A stretch of DNA of 64,000 nt, taken from assembly GCA_017654855.1 (NCBI GenBank), contig CM030336.1, positions 3,410,001-3,474,000 of the forward strand, given 5' to 3'. Origin of the DNA: Podospora anserina (Eukaryota). The translations under genes were made by a program, and so were the position numbers. Below the pieces are notes generated by a model. That model was not told the origin of the DNA and did not search any database. It saw nothing but the letters and a program-made list of their open reading frames with translations. The first letter of the stretch is position 1, and every line of letters begins with the position of its first letter. Positions 1-11,809 of this stretch are shown in pieces.

Positions 1-3000
1 TCCCGCTTCCCTTTGCCATGGCCACCAGTATCATCTGGAAACATGCGTCCAGTGCGGTGGGGTGGATGTGGTAGGAAGACTCCCTCAGGCCGTTCAGTGG
101 AGCCTCTACTTGACCGATAGCATGGGTGTTAACGGGACATGCTTCGATGTGCTTGAGCCTGCGGAACGTTGGTCCGAACTCGATACCGATTCTCCCAAAG
201 CTGGAGTACATCTTTTGGGAGGATACCTTTCTTGGGAGGCTAGTTGGAGCATTCTCGGCCTTCACTGAGCGCTTGGCCGCCGGCTTTACCAGGCCTTCAC
301 AGTGCTTAATCCAGCCAGATCCCGTAAAGGAAGATATGCTAAAGTGATAAAACCCCGAGTCTGCTTTTTCCGTCAGCCGCTGTGGCCGAAGAGAAGTCAC
401 AATCTCAGCGGCTTTCCCCCGATAAAGCAGCAAGGCAGTGTGCACGACAATGTTCCGCAGGCTGTATCCAGTCTCAACTTTTGTCAGCTGTCGGATTGCT
501 TCACCCGCCATGGCGACATAGCCGGCAAAGGGGAAGACAATGTCACCCTTGACCTTGTGGTCAGCAAGCCACTCTTCGTCTTCTACGTCGAGAAGATTAC
601 GCCAGGAGGGTTCGAGGCCAGAGCTCTCTTCAATGCGGCGGCCGAGGAGGGCATGTCGGCTGAACTCTGCTTGCCTCCAATCTTTGCTGATCCGGCTTTC
701 GTTCCAGTAACGAGTGGAGTGGTTCCAGGAGTATGGTGCCAGATCGTGGAGGACTTTGCCGGAGAGGAATGAGGCGAAGTCGATGGTCAGTCCATGCTGC
801 CAAAGGGAGCCCAAGGCTGTGAGGAGGGTCTTGCTGGAGTTCTCTTTGCGAATGGCCGTAGGGATGTACTCGAACGCAACGCTTTTATGGGTGACAATCT
901 GCCGCAGTGGCCCCTTCAGTTGAGAGTGTGGTCCAACCTCCAAGAAAACGGAGTTGGGAAGGCTCTCCATCACAGATCTTGCCGCAGAAAGGAACTTGAC
1001 TTTGGAGGTGAGATTTGTTGCCCAGTACGAGAGGTCAATGGGGTCCTCATGAAGATCTCCCGAAACAGTTGAGTACCAGGGAATAGTTGGTTTCCGTTGT
1101 TGGTTGGCATCTGGAAGCTCTCGTCTAAGAAGCTCCAGATATCGAGTAGCGGGTTCATTCATGTGAGACGAGTGATAGGCCGTATTGACTGCTAGCTTCT
1201 TGCAGAAAGCTTCAGGAAATGCGTTCCTGACAGCCGACATGGTCTGCTCAACAGCAGGTATATCGCCGGATATTGTTGTTGAGTTTGGACTGTTTTCTGC
1301 TGCAATTGTTGCACCATCAGCCAGGGATAGGGTCACATCTTCTGATCCCAAGCCCACGGCGGCCATAGCACCAGGCCGGACGCTCTCCTTCATAATAAAG
1401 CCCCTGTAGTATGCGATGATGATAGCCTCTGACAAACTTAGCACTCCTGCTGCATAAGCACCGGTTATTTCTCCGCTGGAGTGACCGATCACAGCATCCG
1501 GGTGAATGCCCTTCCTTGCGAGAGACCGAACGAAGGCGAGCTGCAGCGCTGTACAGAGTGGCTGAGAGAATTCAGCTTCGTAGATCTGGGATTCCTCTGG
1601 CCGCTTCGAGAGCTCATCTACACGACAGGGAGTCAGTTGTCCTTCTCTATCTTAGCGGTATGGGTCAGCTGGGACAGTGATCTTACCTTCCAGGGACCAT
1701 GCCGGAGGTTTCTCCGAGGATTGCAACACGTCGTTCATGACCGAGATGTCGTTCCTAAACTCTGGATCTTCTCTAAGTAGCTCTAGTCCCATCTGCGGCC
1801 ACTGAGCACCCTGTCCGGAGAAAACCATCACAACCTTGGGTGGCTGGGCGTCTGCTTTACGGGCTGGTACTGGCTCTTCAGGTCCATCCTTTCCAGCAAT
1901 GACAAAGCTGCGATGACTCAAATGCTCCCGATGTAAGGCTAGAGTGTAGCTGAGATGTTTGAGGTTGTCTTGGTGCTGGTGGTTGTAGTTGGTGATGTTG
2001 TCGATGTTTTGCTTCAGCGAGGAAGGGCAGTTGGCGGAGACTAGGAGCAGCGAAGGGGAACTGGTGTCTTGAGCTTTTTCATCGATCAGGCTTGCCACCA
2101 GACTTGGGCAGAATTCTTTGACTGTCTCGACAATCACCTGTTCATGGAAGATTAGAATCTCGATCAAGAGGGCTTGCCACGGAAGTTATAGCACCTACGT
2201 GAGCGTTGGCCCCTCCGATTCCAAACGAGTTGATGCTGATTCGTTCTGATCGGTCGACTGGCCACTGGGTTGGCTTCATCGGCACTTCCAACCGACCTTG
2301 CTCGAAAGGAACTATGCTTCGTCAGTCTCGTCACCAGAGAGAAGCTATTGACCGAGAATCTTACTGTTCGGAGCGGGGTTGTGGAACTTGATCTGGGGCG
2401 GGATGACTTTCTTTTCCAGCGTCAAGACCGCTTTGATCAAGCTCGTCAAGCCAGACGCCCCTTCGGAATGCCCGACGTTTGCTTTGACCTAGGCAGTGTC
2501 AGAACAAAAGGCGTTGTTGTTCTCAGGAGGCACACTCACTGAGCCCATTAGAATCCCTGCGCCGCCAAAGACGTCGGCAACCGCGATGGCTTCTTTGCGG
2601 TCACCTTCCTTGGTTCCAGTTCCATGACACTGCAAGAAAACCGATCAGCATCGTCACATGCGAGTCTGAAAGGGTTCGCTTACCTCAATGTATCCCGTGT
2701 CTTTGACATCCAATCCCGTAGACTCATACACAGACCGGATTAAAGCAGCTTGCGTGGCACTATCCGGAGAGATGAGACCATCGCGGCTATGGCCGTTGGC
2801 GTTGGTCCCAGACCCCCGGATCACAGCCCTAACAGGGTTCCCATCCCGAACCGCATCATCAAGTCTCTTGAGAAACACAGCATTAACCCCCTCAGCTCGC
2901 CCATACCCATCCGCCGCGGCATCAAACGGCTTGCAAGATCCTTCAGGCGAGAAGATACCCTCCGAAGTCAAGATCTCGTACCCCTTCGGCGTCAAGATCA

Positions 3001-3751
3001 AGCTTGACCCACCAACAACAGCAGCATCCGCATCGCCAGCCTGCAACACACGACATGCCTCGTGCAAAGCAACCAACGAAGCGGAACACCCCGTCTTGAT
3101 AACCATGCTTGGCCCACTTAAGCCAAATTCGTAGAACACCCGGTTGGCGAGCAAAAGATCCATATGACCGACATTGTGTCCGCTCCCGCCCTGTAAGCTG
3201 TCCTTGGCTTGCATCAACAGCCAGTCCTCCCCGAAGGTCCCAATGTAGCACCCAATTCGCTTGCCTCGGTATTGGGTCTCTCCCGCGTTCTCGAGACATT
3301 CTCTCGTCACTTCGAGGAGCTGGCGAATCTGGGGGTCCATTCGTTCTAGCTCGGCCTTGCGGCAACTGAAGAAAGAGGTGTCAAAAGCGGCGATGTCATG
3401 ATCGAGGAAGTAGCCGTGTTGCGGGACGAGGCCGACGGAGCTGTGTTCTGTGCTGAAGCCGAGGGCGTTGAAGCGGCTTTTGGGGGTAGGGGTGCGCATG
3501 TCGCGGCCGCTGTAGAGGGCGTCCCAGAAGGAGGTGGCGTCGTTGATTCCGCCTGGGAGGCGGAGGGCGAGGCCGCAGATTGCGATGGGGGCCTGGCAGG
3601 TAAGGGGGTCACTGTTGGAGGAAAGGGGAGTGGTGGGTCCAGTTTCGAGGGAGGTTGTGGTGGATGTGTTCCCGCCTTCTGAGGATCTCAACAGCAGGTT
3701 CCCATTTTCAGAGCTTGTGTCTGGATGGGTACTAGTGACGGCGTCGGTCAT
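1..3751 (-). CDS. Reducing type I iterative polyketide synthase, 5' part (KS-AT-DH); runs off the left edge; multi-exon
   Basis: KS motifs [23 protein letters not shown], catalytic [18 protein letters not shown] and [13 protein letters not shown] across short introns; AT motifs [14 protein letters not shown] and AYHS; DH motif [11 protein letters not shown] and [10 protein letters not shown] at the window edge. Confidence 0.95.
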
Positions 3752-5226
3752 GATGAAGTCTGTACAGCGTTGGTCAAGAAGCAGTTGGGGAAGGCCTGGC
3801 GTCCACAGCTGAAAGAAAAAAGACCTTGGAATCCCCGGTATATGTGTCTTGACGAGGGTGTCCCTGCTTTCTCATCCATGGCCACTGAAGCCGCGCATCG
3901 TGCCCTCGCATCTGCCGGCGTCCGTCCCTGTGGCTGAAGAGCTGGCACAAGTTCTAAGCTTGTGAAATGTCAAAAGTTCATGATCTAATGGCGACTTCTT
4001 CTGCAGTCAGCAGGTTATGTGCTTGCCTATCACATCGATGACGGCCGTTGATTGGACTGCATGACATCCCTAGCCTTTTATCTTGACATTATGGAATGCG
4101 ATCAGATGTTCCAAAATGTTGTTGGGTCGCCAAGGTGAGTAGTAACACGGGTTTTATGACATTCTGCATGATGACCGCAGGTTTTGGCTCCGAATTTAGG
4201 AGATCTAGTCCGAAAAGGGACAATTAGCTTCCGTATTATCTTGATGCTGAGGTTTCACAACAGAAATGTAGAGAACCTGTGTTCATGTCGGCTTGTGTTA
4301 CCTGTGATTTGTAATACCTTGCGTCCCACTAAGTACTGTGGCACCCAGGTAAGACCAGTAGCGCCCGTAGCAGCATGTTATGCGAACAGCTTTTCTCTTT
4401 CTCATTTGCCATCCTGATTCATTTCTCTCCAGTAGTATCAGCAACTTCGACCTGGCTTGATATTGATAACGGAGCTGCTTTTCAACATCTTGACTTTGGA
4501 GCAGAAGTTTGGCAAGGCGTACATGCACATTCCGGAAAGGGTGCCCTTGGTGTTACGGTGGGTATGAATGGTGCAGGGTTGGTGTCGATCGAACCGAGGG
4601 ATGGGATGTCATGACCTTGCCAAGAGAGACAGTAAAGAGATGATTGAAGTCTGTGGGTGCTGATGAGAAGAGAATGAAGAAGTATTGTATCTCAGGGTTT
4701 TGTGTTGATGACTGCCTAGTGGGTGGAGGATCAAGAGAGGTCGGTTGGATTTGTTGAGTTATCAAAGAAAAGAAATATCGCGATCGTGACGGGCCGAGGC
4801 TTGAGATGGTCGGATATCGGGGCTGAGACTTAACAGTAATGGGAATTATGGCGTAATATTAATAATTCGATACAGCTGACAGGAGTCTTACCTGTGTGTG
4901 CCTGGTAAATCGCTCATCTCATGATTTGAGCTAACAGACCAACACTTTGATGGGTCACTATGGTGATTGTGATCAGTGGGTGTTTCCATTGTCTTGTATT
5001 TCACAGGCTGCGTCTGTTTGATGCAATCGATGCTGTTTGGCCTCCATGTTTGCTTCTCCGAGCTTGTGTTTTGAGCACAGTAATGATTTATTCTTTCATT
5101 GGTATCTCTGACTGTGGCTCATGTTCTGGCATCTCTCATCCTGTCCATCGCTATTAGTACTTACGCACGTACGTACCTAGTAAACCTCCCTGGGTGGACG
5201 TAACCACGGCGGCGATTCGTGGTGGT

Positions 5227-5988
5227 TTAACCTGTGTGAGGAATGCGGCCATGGAATCCTCTCATACGCTCCTGCAACATCTGGATGTGCCCCTCGTTGC
5301 ACTGCTCTTGGCTCTGAACAGCGGAAATCTGGCGCTCAGACTCCTGAAGAGTTTTCCCAAGCTCTGAGACTTGGTGTTGTAGCATCCGGCTTTTCATGGA
5401 TTCATCGCTCCACCATCGTAGCACCATTGCAACTGCCTCGTCAACCGGGTCGCTCACGGAGAGGTTTAGGAAGAATGTCTCGGACACTTGAGTCGTATCT
5501 GGCGAGGTCGGGGGGCCATAGCTATGGATCGTGTTGGTTGAGGCGGACGTGTGGCTCTCTTTCTGATCGATCCCAGTCTGGATGTCCAAGGGAGCTTTGG
5601 GATTAGTCGCCAACAGGCTCTCGGTCAGAGTTGGCGTGCTGACAGTGTGCGAAGCGCGAGTGTCGAGACGTTCATGATAGTCTGAGGTGCTCCCTTTGGG
5701 ATCTTGACGGCTCTGGCATTTGGGAACCCCAGCCATATCCTCTCTTTTCCCTTCCTCGGTCCCTGTGTTGAGCGAGTCGATGCTGGTTTCCATCGACCTG
5801 ATTGAGCTTTCACGATGGGCAATCAACTTTTCCATCCCGTTGATCCTGACTTGAAGTAATTCAAAGTCTCGTTTTACCGCCAGAACACTGAGTTTATCGT
5901 CGATCATTTGGCTTCTTAGCTCTTGGATCCCCTGTTCTGCCAATAATGCGAGCTGATCCATGGTGAAGATAAGGCAGTGGACCAACAA
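5227..5988 (-). CDS. Hypothetical protein with predicted coiled-coil segments (first ATG ~5961); may continue through degraded exons toward ~4900
   Basis: 253-aa ORF with heptad-like N- and C-terminal stretches and a Ser/Thr-rich middle; no recognised domain. Confidence 0.5.
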   Translation of the reverse strand: MLVHCLIFTMDQLALLAEQGIQELRSQMIDDKLSVLAVKRDFELLQVRINGMEKLIAHRESSIRSMETSIDSLNTGTEEGKREDMAGVPKCQSRQDPKGSTSDYHERLDTRASHTVSTPTLTESLLATNPKAPLDIQTGIDQKESHTSASTNTIHSYGPPTSPDTTQVSETFFLNLSVSDPVDEAVAMVLRWWSDESMKSRMLQHQVSELGKTLQESERQISAVQSQEQCNEGHIQMLQERMRGFHGRIPHTG

Positions 5989-6298
5989 GATGGGTAAGAT
6001 ACTGAGAGCTCAGCGACTTCCCTGTTGGAAGGGTTCTTATCAGACACGGTGAGGCCTTGGTGACAGAACAAGTCGAATGGTGTTATAACAACGGGATGTG
6101 GAGATATTACTGACTGGTTTGGTTAAAGGAGAACTGGTGGCAGATAGGAGGCGGGTGGAACTTACCACCTTCTTTATTCTATATATATCGTCATAGGATG
6201 CTCAAGCCGGAAAGATCGACCGGAAAGCCGGTCGAGGTCTTGTTGTGGTTGACGAGACCCGATGGAGGGGCTGGAAAGGTGGTGGGCAAGTAGGTGGT

Positions 6299-6407
6299 GG
6301 GGTGAAATGTCGATGGTCAACAGGGTTAGGTAGAGGTTGACAGGTTAAAAGGTAGGTTGACTGGGCGAAGGTCGATAGGGTGAAATGTCGACAGGGTGAA
6401 AGATTGA
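6299..6407. repeat. Degenerate 15-20 bp tandem repeat (consensus ~CAGGGTGAAAnGTCGA)
   Basis: Units ggggtgaaatgtcga, cagggttaggtagaggttga, caggttaaaaggtaggttga, ctgggcgaaggtcga, tagggtgaaatgtcga, cagggtgaaagattga. Confidence 0.55.
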
Positions 6408-6829
6408 GAGGGCGTGCAGTGGTGCTGCGCCCACCATAGGCAGTAGGTAGATGCTCCCATCTGTATCGATGCACGTCTGCTCTCAGTGATTGCTGACACC
6501 CGGCAACCTCCCAGTGCCAGCCCTCTTGTCGATGACTGTTTGCACTCATAGGATTAAATTTCTGCCACTGTCTCAATCTCTTCTTGCTGCTACATCGTCT
6601 TCCAGTGCACTTTTCCGTCGGCCAAGCAGCCTCTTTCTCTCCTCACACTGCTTGCATCTCTCCCCTCAGTCTTTATCATCCTCGGCATGACATCGCAGAC
6701 TATCATCCTCAACGCATACTTACCATTCTAGCTTACCAGCGTCGCTGTCATAACCTTTCCATTCGGTTTCGTACCCTTTCAACGGCAGCATCAATATACT
6801 TCAATCAGTCAGCAAGCTAGCTTGCCATA

Positions 6830-7666
6830 ATGTCTAGATTTCACGTCAGCAAAGAAGTCACCATGTTGGCCGATCCCTCTAATCAGCGCACTGGCTTGGC
6901 TCCAGCTTGCTTCGACACCAAGATCTTCGACTTTGGCTGGTGGCCTTCGGTCCGCCACCCCAATCCATCCCGCATGAGACAGCGAATGCAAAGTCAAGCA
7001 TTCGTCACCGATACTTCACCTTCGCGCGAATACCAAGTTGACTTCTGGCGCAGCCGGGCGACCTACTTCGCCGAGGCCGCTGATCAGTCATTTGTCCAGT
7101 GGAAGGCTGAGAAGAAGCTGAACGATGGCAAAGTGAGGCACCTCGAGGATGAGCTTGCCGGCATCAAGAAATCGATGGAGTCGTATGATATCACCATCAT
7201 TGCCTTGCACGAGAAAGATCAGAAGAACCAGGGATACATCGAATCTCTTCAGAACCAGCTCAAGGAGGCGTCTCCACGACATGGCTCAACTGCCCATGGA
7301 CTCGCGCCACTTACACCCCCTGCGGCACCCGAGGCGCTCTATCCAAGCAAGCACAGTGGCGACACCCCGTCTCAATCCCAATACTCAACGGACGACTCTC
7401 AACGAGTATCCCCAATCTCCTCTCCCATCTCAACCTCTCCTTCCTCAGTCTCGTCTCTCTTCACTTTCCCAGCCAGGAAACGAGTCAACAGGAACTCAGG
7501 CAAATCTACTCAAGAGCCAGAAGCGACTATTAACTCTTTCAAGTCAGACCTTTCTTCCCTCCCAACACAAAAGAGTACACATCCGACGCCTTCGCCAGCC
7601 CCAACCCTGTTTGCGCTTCCGGACTACGCCACTGCACGTTCCCGACGGCGTGTTCAAGTTGGATGA
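6830..7666 (+). CDS. Hypothetical protein: coiled coil followed by Ser/Pro-rich tail
   Basis: 278-aa ATG ORF with coiled-coil segment (KVRHLEDELAGIKKSMES...IESLQNQLKE); its 3' end overlaps an antisense kinase fossil. Confidence 0.55.
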   Translation: MSRFHVSKEVTMLADPSNQRTGLAPACFDTKIFDFGWWPSVRHPNPSRMRQRMQSQAFVTDTSPSREYQVDFWRSRATYFAEAADQSFVQWKAEKKLNDGKVRHLEDELAGIKKSMESYDITIIALHEKDQKNQGYIESLQNQLKEASPRHGSTAHGLAPLTPPAAPEALYPSKHSGDTPSQSQYSTDDSQRVSPISSPISTSPSSVSSLFTFPARKRVNRNSGKSTQEPEATINSFKSDLSSLPTQKSTHPTPSPAPTLFALPDYATARSRRRVQVG

Positions 7667-8244
7667 TTGTGTACGCCTTGGGATGTGGCATAGCGGGGAT
7701 TTTAAGACCGAGGTCAAAGTCAGAGAGGACAGGGGAGGTTACTGTTTGGTTGTTGTTAGCATCCGAGATCGAGGAAAGAAGGATGTTGTCGGGCTTGGTG
7801 TCGAGCTTTGCCGTGGAGGTCTTTTGTGCCTTGGGCTACTTCCCGCTTGATTTTTTAGCTTTTCGGTGACAGGAAACTCGGGAAGTTCTCTGATGAGATT
7901 CAACAGCGATGAATCACTGTGTTGGGTTCCTCATGTTGGTCGACCGGATGGCGGAGGTAGGGGGGTCCATTGGGGAATTCGGCCGCGAGGTCAAGGGCTT
8001 GTTGGTTGTATCTTGTAATGACTTGCTTTAAGACATACAAAAGCCTCATTGCTGGACTTAGCTTTGTACCTACCTCGGGGTGTAAACACGGCCGGATTGG
8101 GCTGTCACTGAACCGGGCAGCGGTGGTGGAGGATTGTCTGATGCTGTTGGCCTGATGACAGTATCCGATTCTCGCAAAAAGCACATGTCGGATGCAACAG
8201 GGGAGTAGGATGGCGGCATGCATCAGATTAGTGTATCGCGGCAT
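7539..8244 (-). pseudogene. Degenerate Ser/Thr protein kinase (at least 3 frameshifts/deletions)
   Basis: Minus-strand pieces in different frames: YVLKQV...DLAAEF...LRHPVD; SLLNLIRELPEFPVTEKLK; REVAQGTKDLHGK; LDTKPDNILL...LSDFDLG...GNVQWRSPEAQTG...KASDVYSF, i.e. kinase subdomains ~II-IX. Confidence 0.8.
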
Positions 8245-9068
8245 ACCGGTGTCGCATCGTTGCTAGGACGTCAGCGTGTCGTAACAGCTTATGTCCCCAT
8301 GTTTGATGCATGCAGTTGGGAGTTAGTGTTCCCTCTGATTGGTACCACATCTCATTGGTTCGTTTCGAAGTTGTTCGCGATGGTGTTACACAGTAATTAT
8401 GCACTTTGTGCAGTTTGTGCGACTGTCTCGAACACAAATTGGTAGGCATATCAAATCCATGCAAATCTGGCAAATAAAGGTGTATTACGACATGATTTGC
8501 AAAATGTTCCACGCTGGCGTCCGAGACTTTTCCGATTGATTATCGTCATTTCACGTAGATATCCTCCACAACATCAAGACCGGTGAACACCGATTCCAAT
8601 GCCGGTAGACGTTGCAAATGCCGGCGAAAAGTGGGGCAATTGCCGTCACTGTCCGTTCCGATCGGCATCTGTGAGGTCACAGGTGGCTCCCTGTCAAATG
8701 TCCAACTTTGCTTCGGAGCGCCTGTCACATTCTCTTGAAGCCTAAATTGGTGACCATTGTTCCATTCCATCCGCTAATTTTTGTCACAATGGCTGCCAAG
8801 TTTGCTTGGAAACAACACCTCCAGGCCCCTCGGGTACCTGACAGTGAGCGTGTATGGTATACGCCACGGAGCAGTGCAGCGGCTGTAACCATCGCGAAGG
8901 GCAGCATTTAATGGGCTGTAACGGGCAGGCAGGCTGTCATTGATCCCGTTCATCTGCCTTCGCCAAACACTGGTGACTGAGTCGTGTGGTAAGCGTTAGG
9001 TAAATAAACGTAATAAGCTAAGCAGTCTGCAAGGCAAAATACCTTAGCTCACAGCGGTCACCGGTCCA

Positions 9069-9644
9069 ATGGAAACGGTGCCTTTCTCACTGTCTTCGTC
9101 TCCATCTCCATCTTCCCTTAAACTGACCTTACCTCGGGATGAATCCAATTGGGATGAATCGAATTGGGATCACTTTGCGCAGCCATCAACCTCTGCAAAA
9201 ATGTTGGCGGAATTGGCCCTCCGGACGACACGCGCAAACATCGCCCGCGAGACTCAGCCACGACCGAGTGACAAAGAGTCGTTCATCAGCAGAACAAAAA
9301 CTTTTTTGTCGCAAAGACGTGGCAAGCAGCCACAAGCGTTCGGTTCTTTGAGGCGACAAGTGCGATTCATGACGGCAAGTAAAACATCCAGAGCTCAGCA
9401 TGGCAGGGGCACCAGATCTCTGGCCATCGGCATGTTCCGAAGAGGTCAAGTCGATGACGATCCATCTGCAGAGCGGAGATGCATGCTTGTTTCAACGTCT
9501 TCGATTGGCTGCCCCACACTCAGACGCTCGAGCCCAATCCCATCGTTTGATTTTTTGCGAGGCCTCCCCCTCTTCTACTGTGGTTACGTACAAAAGTTTT
9601 GCCCCCTTGTCAAGTACCGCCCAGGGCCTTGTTTTTTTGGCTAG
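9069..9644 (+). CDS. Hypothetical ORF whose original TAA stop was split by the transposon; now reads 22 codons into the element
   Basis: ATG ORF with 15-bp tandem duplication (DESNWDESNW); removing the element restores ...TTC TAA. Confidence 0.35.
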   Translation: METVPFSLSSSPSPSSLKLTLPRDESNWDESNWDHFAQPSTSAKMLAELALRTTRANIARETQPRPSDKESFISRTKTFLSQRRGKQPQAFGSLRRQVRFMTASKTSRAQHGRGTRSLAIGMFRRGQVDDDPSAERRCMLVSTSSIGCPTLRRSSPIPSFDFLRGLPLFYCGYVQKFCPLVKYRPGPCFFG

Positions 9645-10872
9645 GCCAACTTCGGCCAAAATTCTACCGCAATTTCCTCCAGACCAGTATTTTCCACCTT
9701 TCAACACCACTTAGCCAGCCAGCCAGCACCACAATGGCTCCCAATCGCCACCTTACTACTGAAGAGCGTCAACGAATTCGTACCCTTTATTTCGACGGCC
9801 ACCTTAGCCAACCCCGAATTCAAGAAACCACTGGTTATACGAAATACCAAATCCGCCATGCGATACGAGCCCCGGCGGCCGAGGTCGCCCCACGATCTGG
9901 CCGACCACGCGTTATTACGGCCGATCAAGAGCTCGAGCTTATTCGGTATGTGTGTGAATCAAAGGCACACCGTCGGATGAGCTTCCTGGAGCTTTCTATT
10001 GCCCTTTTCAACTCCCTTCTTAACTGGATTACGATTCGCAACGCCCTTTACCGCCACGGATTTCGCCGTCGAGTTGCTCGGAAGAAGCCTCCTATTTCAG
10101 AAGCCAACCAGCAAAAGCGACTGGCCTGGGCTATAGAACATAAAGACTGGACTCTCGAACAATGGCGTACAATCCTTTGGAGTGACGAAACCTGGGTAGT
10201 TGGTGGTCCTCACCGTAAGCAGTATGTTACACGCCGAATCGACGAGGAATGGGACCCTACTTGTATCGTTGAAAAGCACCAGAGAAAAGGAGGGTGGATG
10301 TTCTGGGGCTGCTTTTACGGCTCAACTAAAGGCCCTGGTATCTTCTGGGAAAAGGAATGGGGATCGATCAATGAGTATTCTTACCGAAAGAATATCCTTC
10401 CTAACGTCCACGAATTTATTAACGATACCTTCGAGCAACACCATTTACAGCTTTCTTTTTATGCAGGACGGCGCACCTGGCCATCGAGCGGCCGGTACGA
10501 AGAAGGATCTTGAGAATAGGAAGATTAGAGTAGTTGATTGGCCTCCTTTTTCCCCAGATTTAAACCCTATTGAATCCTGTTGGAATTGGATGAAGGATTA
10601 TATTGAGGATAAATACGGCCTTGAGGAGAAGCCGTCGTACGCGAAGTTGAAGAGGTACGTGGAGGAGGCCTGGCAAGAGCTTCCGGAATCTTACCTTCAA
10701 ACGCTGTTGGATTCGATGCCCAGTCGGTGTGAGGCAGTAATTGCAGCGAATGGTATGCATACAAAATACTAGCTATAGATATGGTGATTATTTTGTAGAA
10801 TACAATCGTCAGGGTGGACCTTGACTAGCGCGAGTACTTGACAAGAAGGCAAAACTTACCCCTGCACCACAG
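9578..10872 (+). mobile_element. Tc1/mariner superfamily DNA transposon (Tc1/impala-like, DD34E), 1295 bp
   Basis: TA duplication at 9576-9577 and 10873-10874; imperfect ~40-bp TIRs at 9578-9617 (CTGTGGT..AAGTTTTGCCCCCTTGTCAAGTAC) and 10834-10872 (reverse complement CTGTGGT..AAGTTTTGCCTTCTTGTCAAGTAC); internal transposase. Confidence 0.95.
9734..10772 (+). pseudogene. Tc1-type transposase with a single +1 frameshift (345 aa if corrected)
   Basis: HTH region with GRPR, WSDET, MQDGAPGH, WPPFSPDLNPIE with 34 residues between the second D and E; one extra T in the T-run at 10456-10460. Confidence 0.9.
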
Positions 10873-11809
10873 TAAATTCGGGTACCGTTTTGTTTCGGGG
10901 CCACGAGATCGGGTCTTCATCGTCTAGTCAGTTTGGTTGGCGGCGCTGTCTGTCAATTCCCCAGCTTTGTATGGAAATGGCCAGACATGAGGTGCAGGTC
11001 GTGCCCCCCGCGAAATAAAAGATAAACGGTTGGGCGTCAACTCCCAACTATACCGCTCAGATGACCGCGCGGAGCAGCGGATAGTTCCAGGTTTCGAATA
11101 AACTCGAGTGCCAATTCGGCCACGTCGGTCTAGAACAGCTGTCCTGCGTCGTGCCAAGTTCCCGGGCCATTGCTTGGCTCCGTCTTGGACACTGTGCAGC
11201 TCTGGGCCTCTCAGCGTCATTGGTGGACCGTCAGCGCTTCCGCCACACCGCCGCAACGAATGGACGGCAGAGCTCACCGTTGCTCATCCCAGTGCTGAAC
11301 ACTGTGGGGCCGTTGCATGGGTCCATTGCTTGTCGAGCTTGTCTGTCCCTGCCAAGGGACGGGAATTGGGGCAGGGCAGTTCATCGCAAGACAAGGGCCC
11401 AGCAACAACTGATCTCTTGAACAAGCCGGAGGGCGGCAGCTGCTGCTCCCTCTGGGCTGGGGAGAGTGTGCCTTGTTTTTTGTTGTTGCCTTCCACAATC
11501 TGCCCACCCGGCAAAATCCACATGCCATCATCGTGCGAGCCCCGAGCATCGTGACGGGACGTGGCTGCCTCTCTTCTTCTTTCTCTCCGATTGTCTTTTT
11601 ATTCCTGCAGCCTCCAGTTTCGTTTCCCCTGGGCAACACGCATTGCGTCATTACTGCAACACGAAGCCCAACTTGGTAAATCTTCGGCCTACAACACATC
11701 GCGGGGCCCAGATCACCCACCCACCTTCACCACCCTCTCCCTTCATTGATGTGTTTGCCCAATTGACGAGCAACCACGCCGTATCATTTATCTCAACACG
11801 TCAGCAACA

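Noticed and set aside
62-3937. Plus-strand ORFs over the PKS
   Set aside because: Antisense shadows of the minus-strand PKS exons.
6299-6407. Repeat-spacer-like pattern as a possible CRISPR array
   Set aside because: Units are degenerate and contiguous, with no unique spacers or cas genes; eukaryotic context.
4300-10900. Starship/Enterprise or Spok-type element
   Set aside because: No DUF3435 tyrosine recombinase or recognisable Spok-like ORF; the kinase fossil is a conventional protein kinase type.
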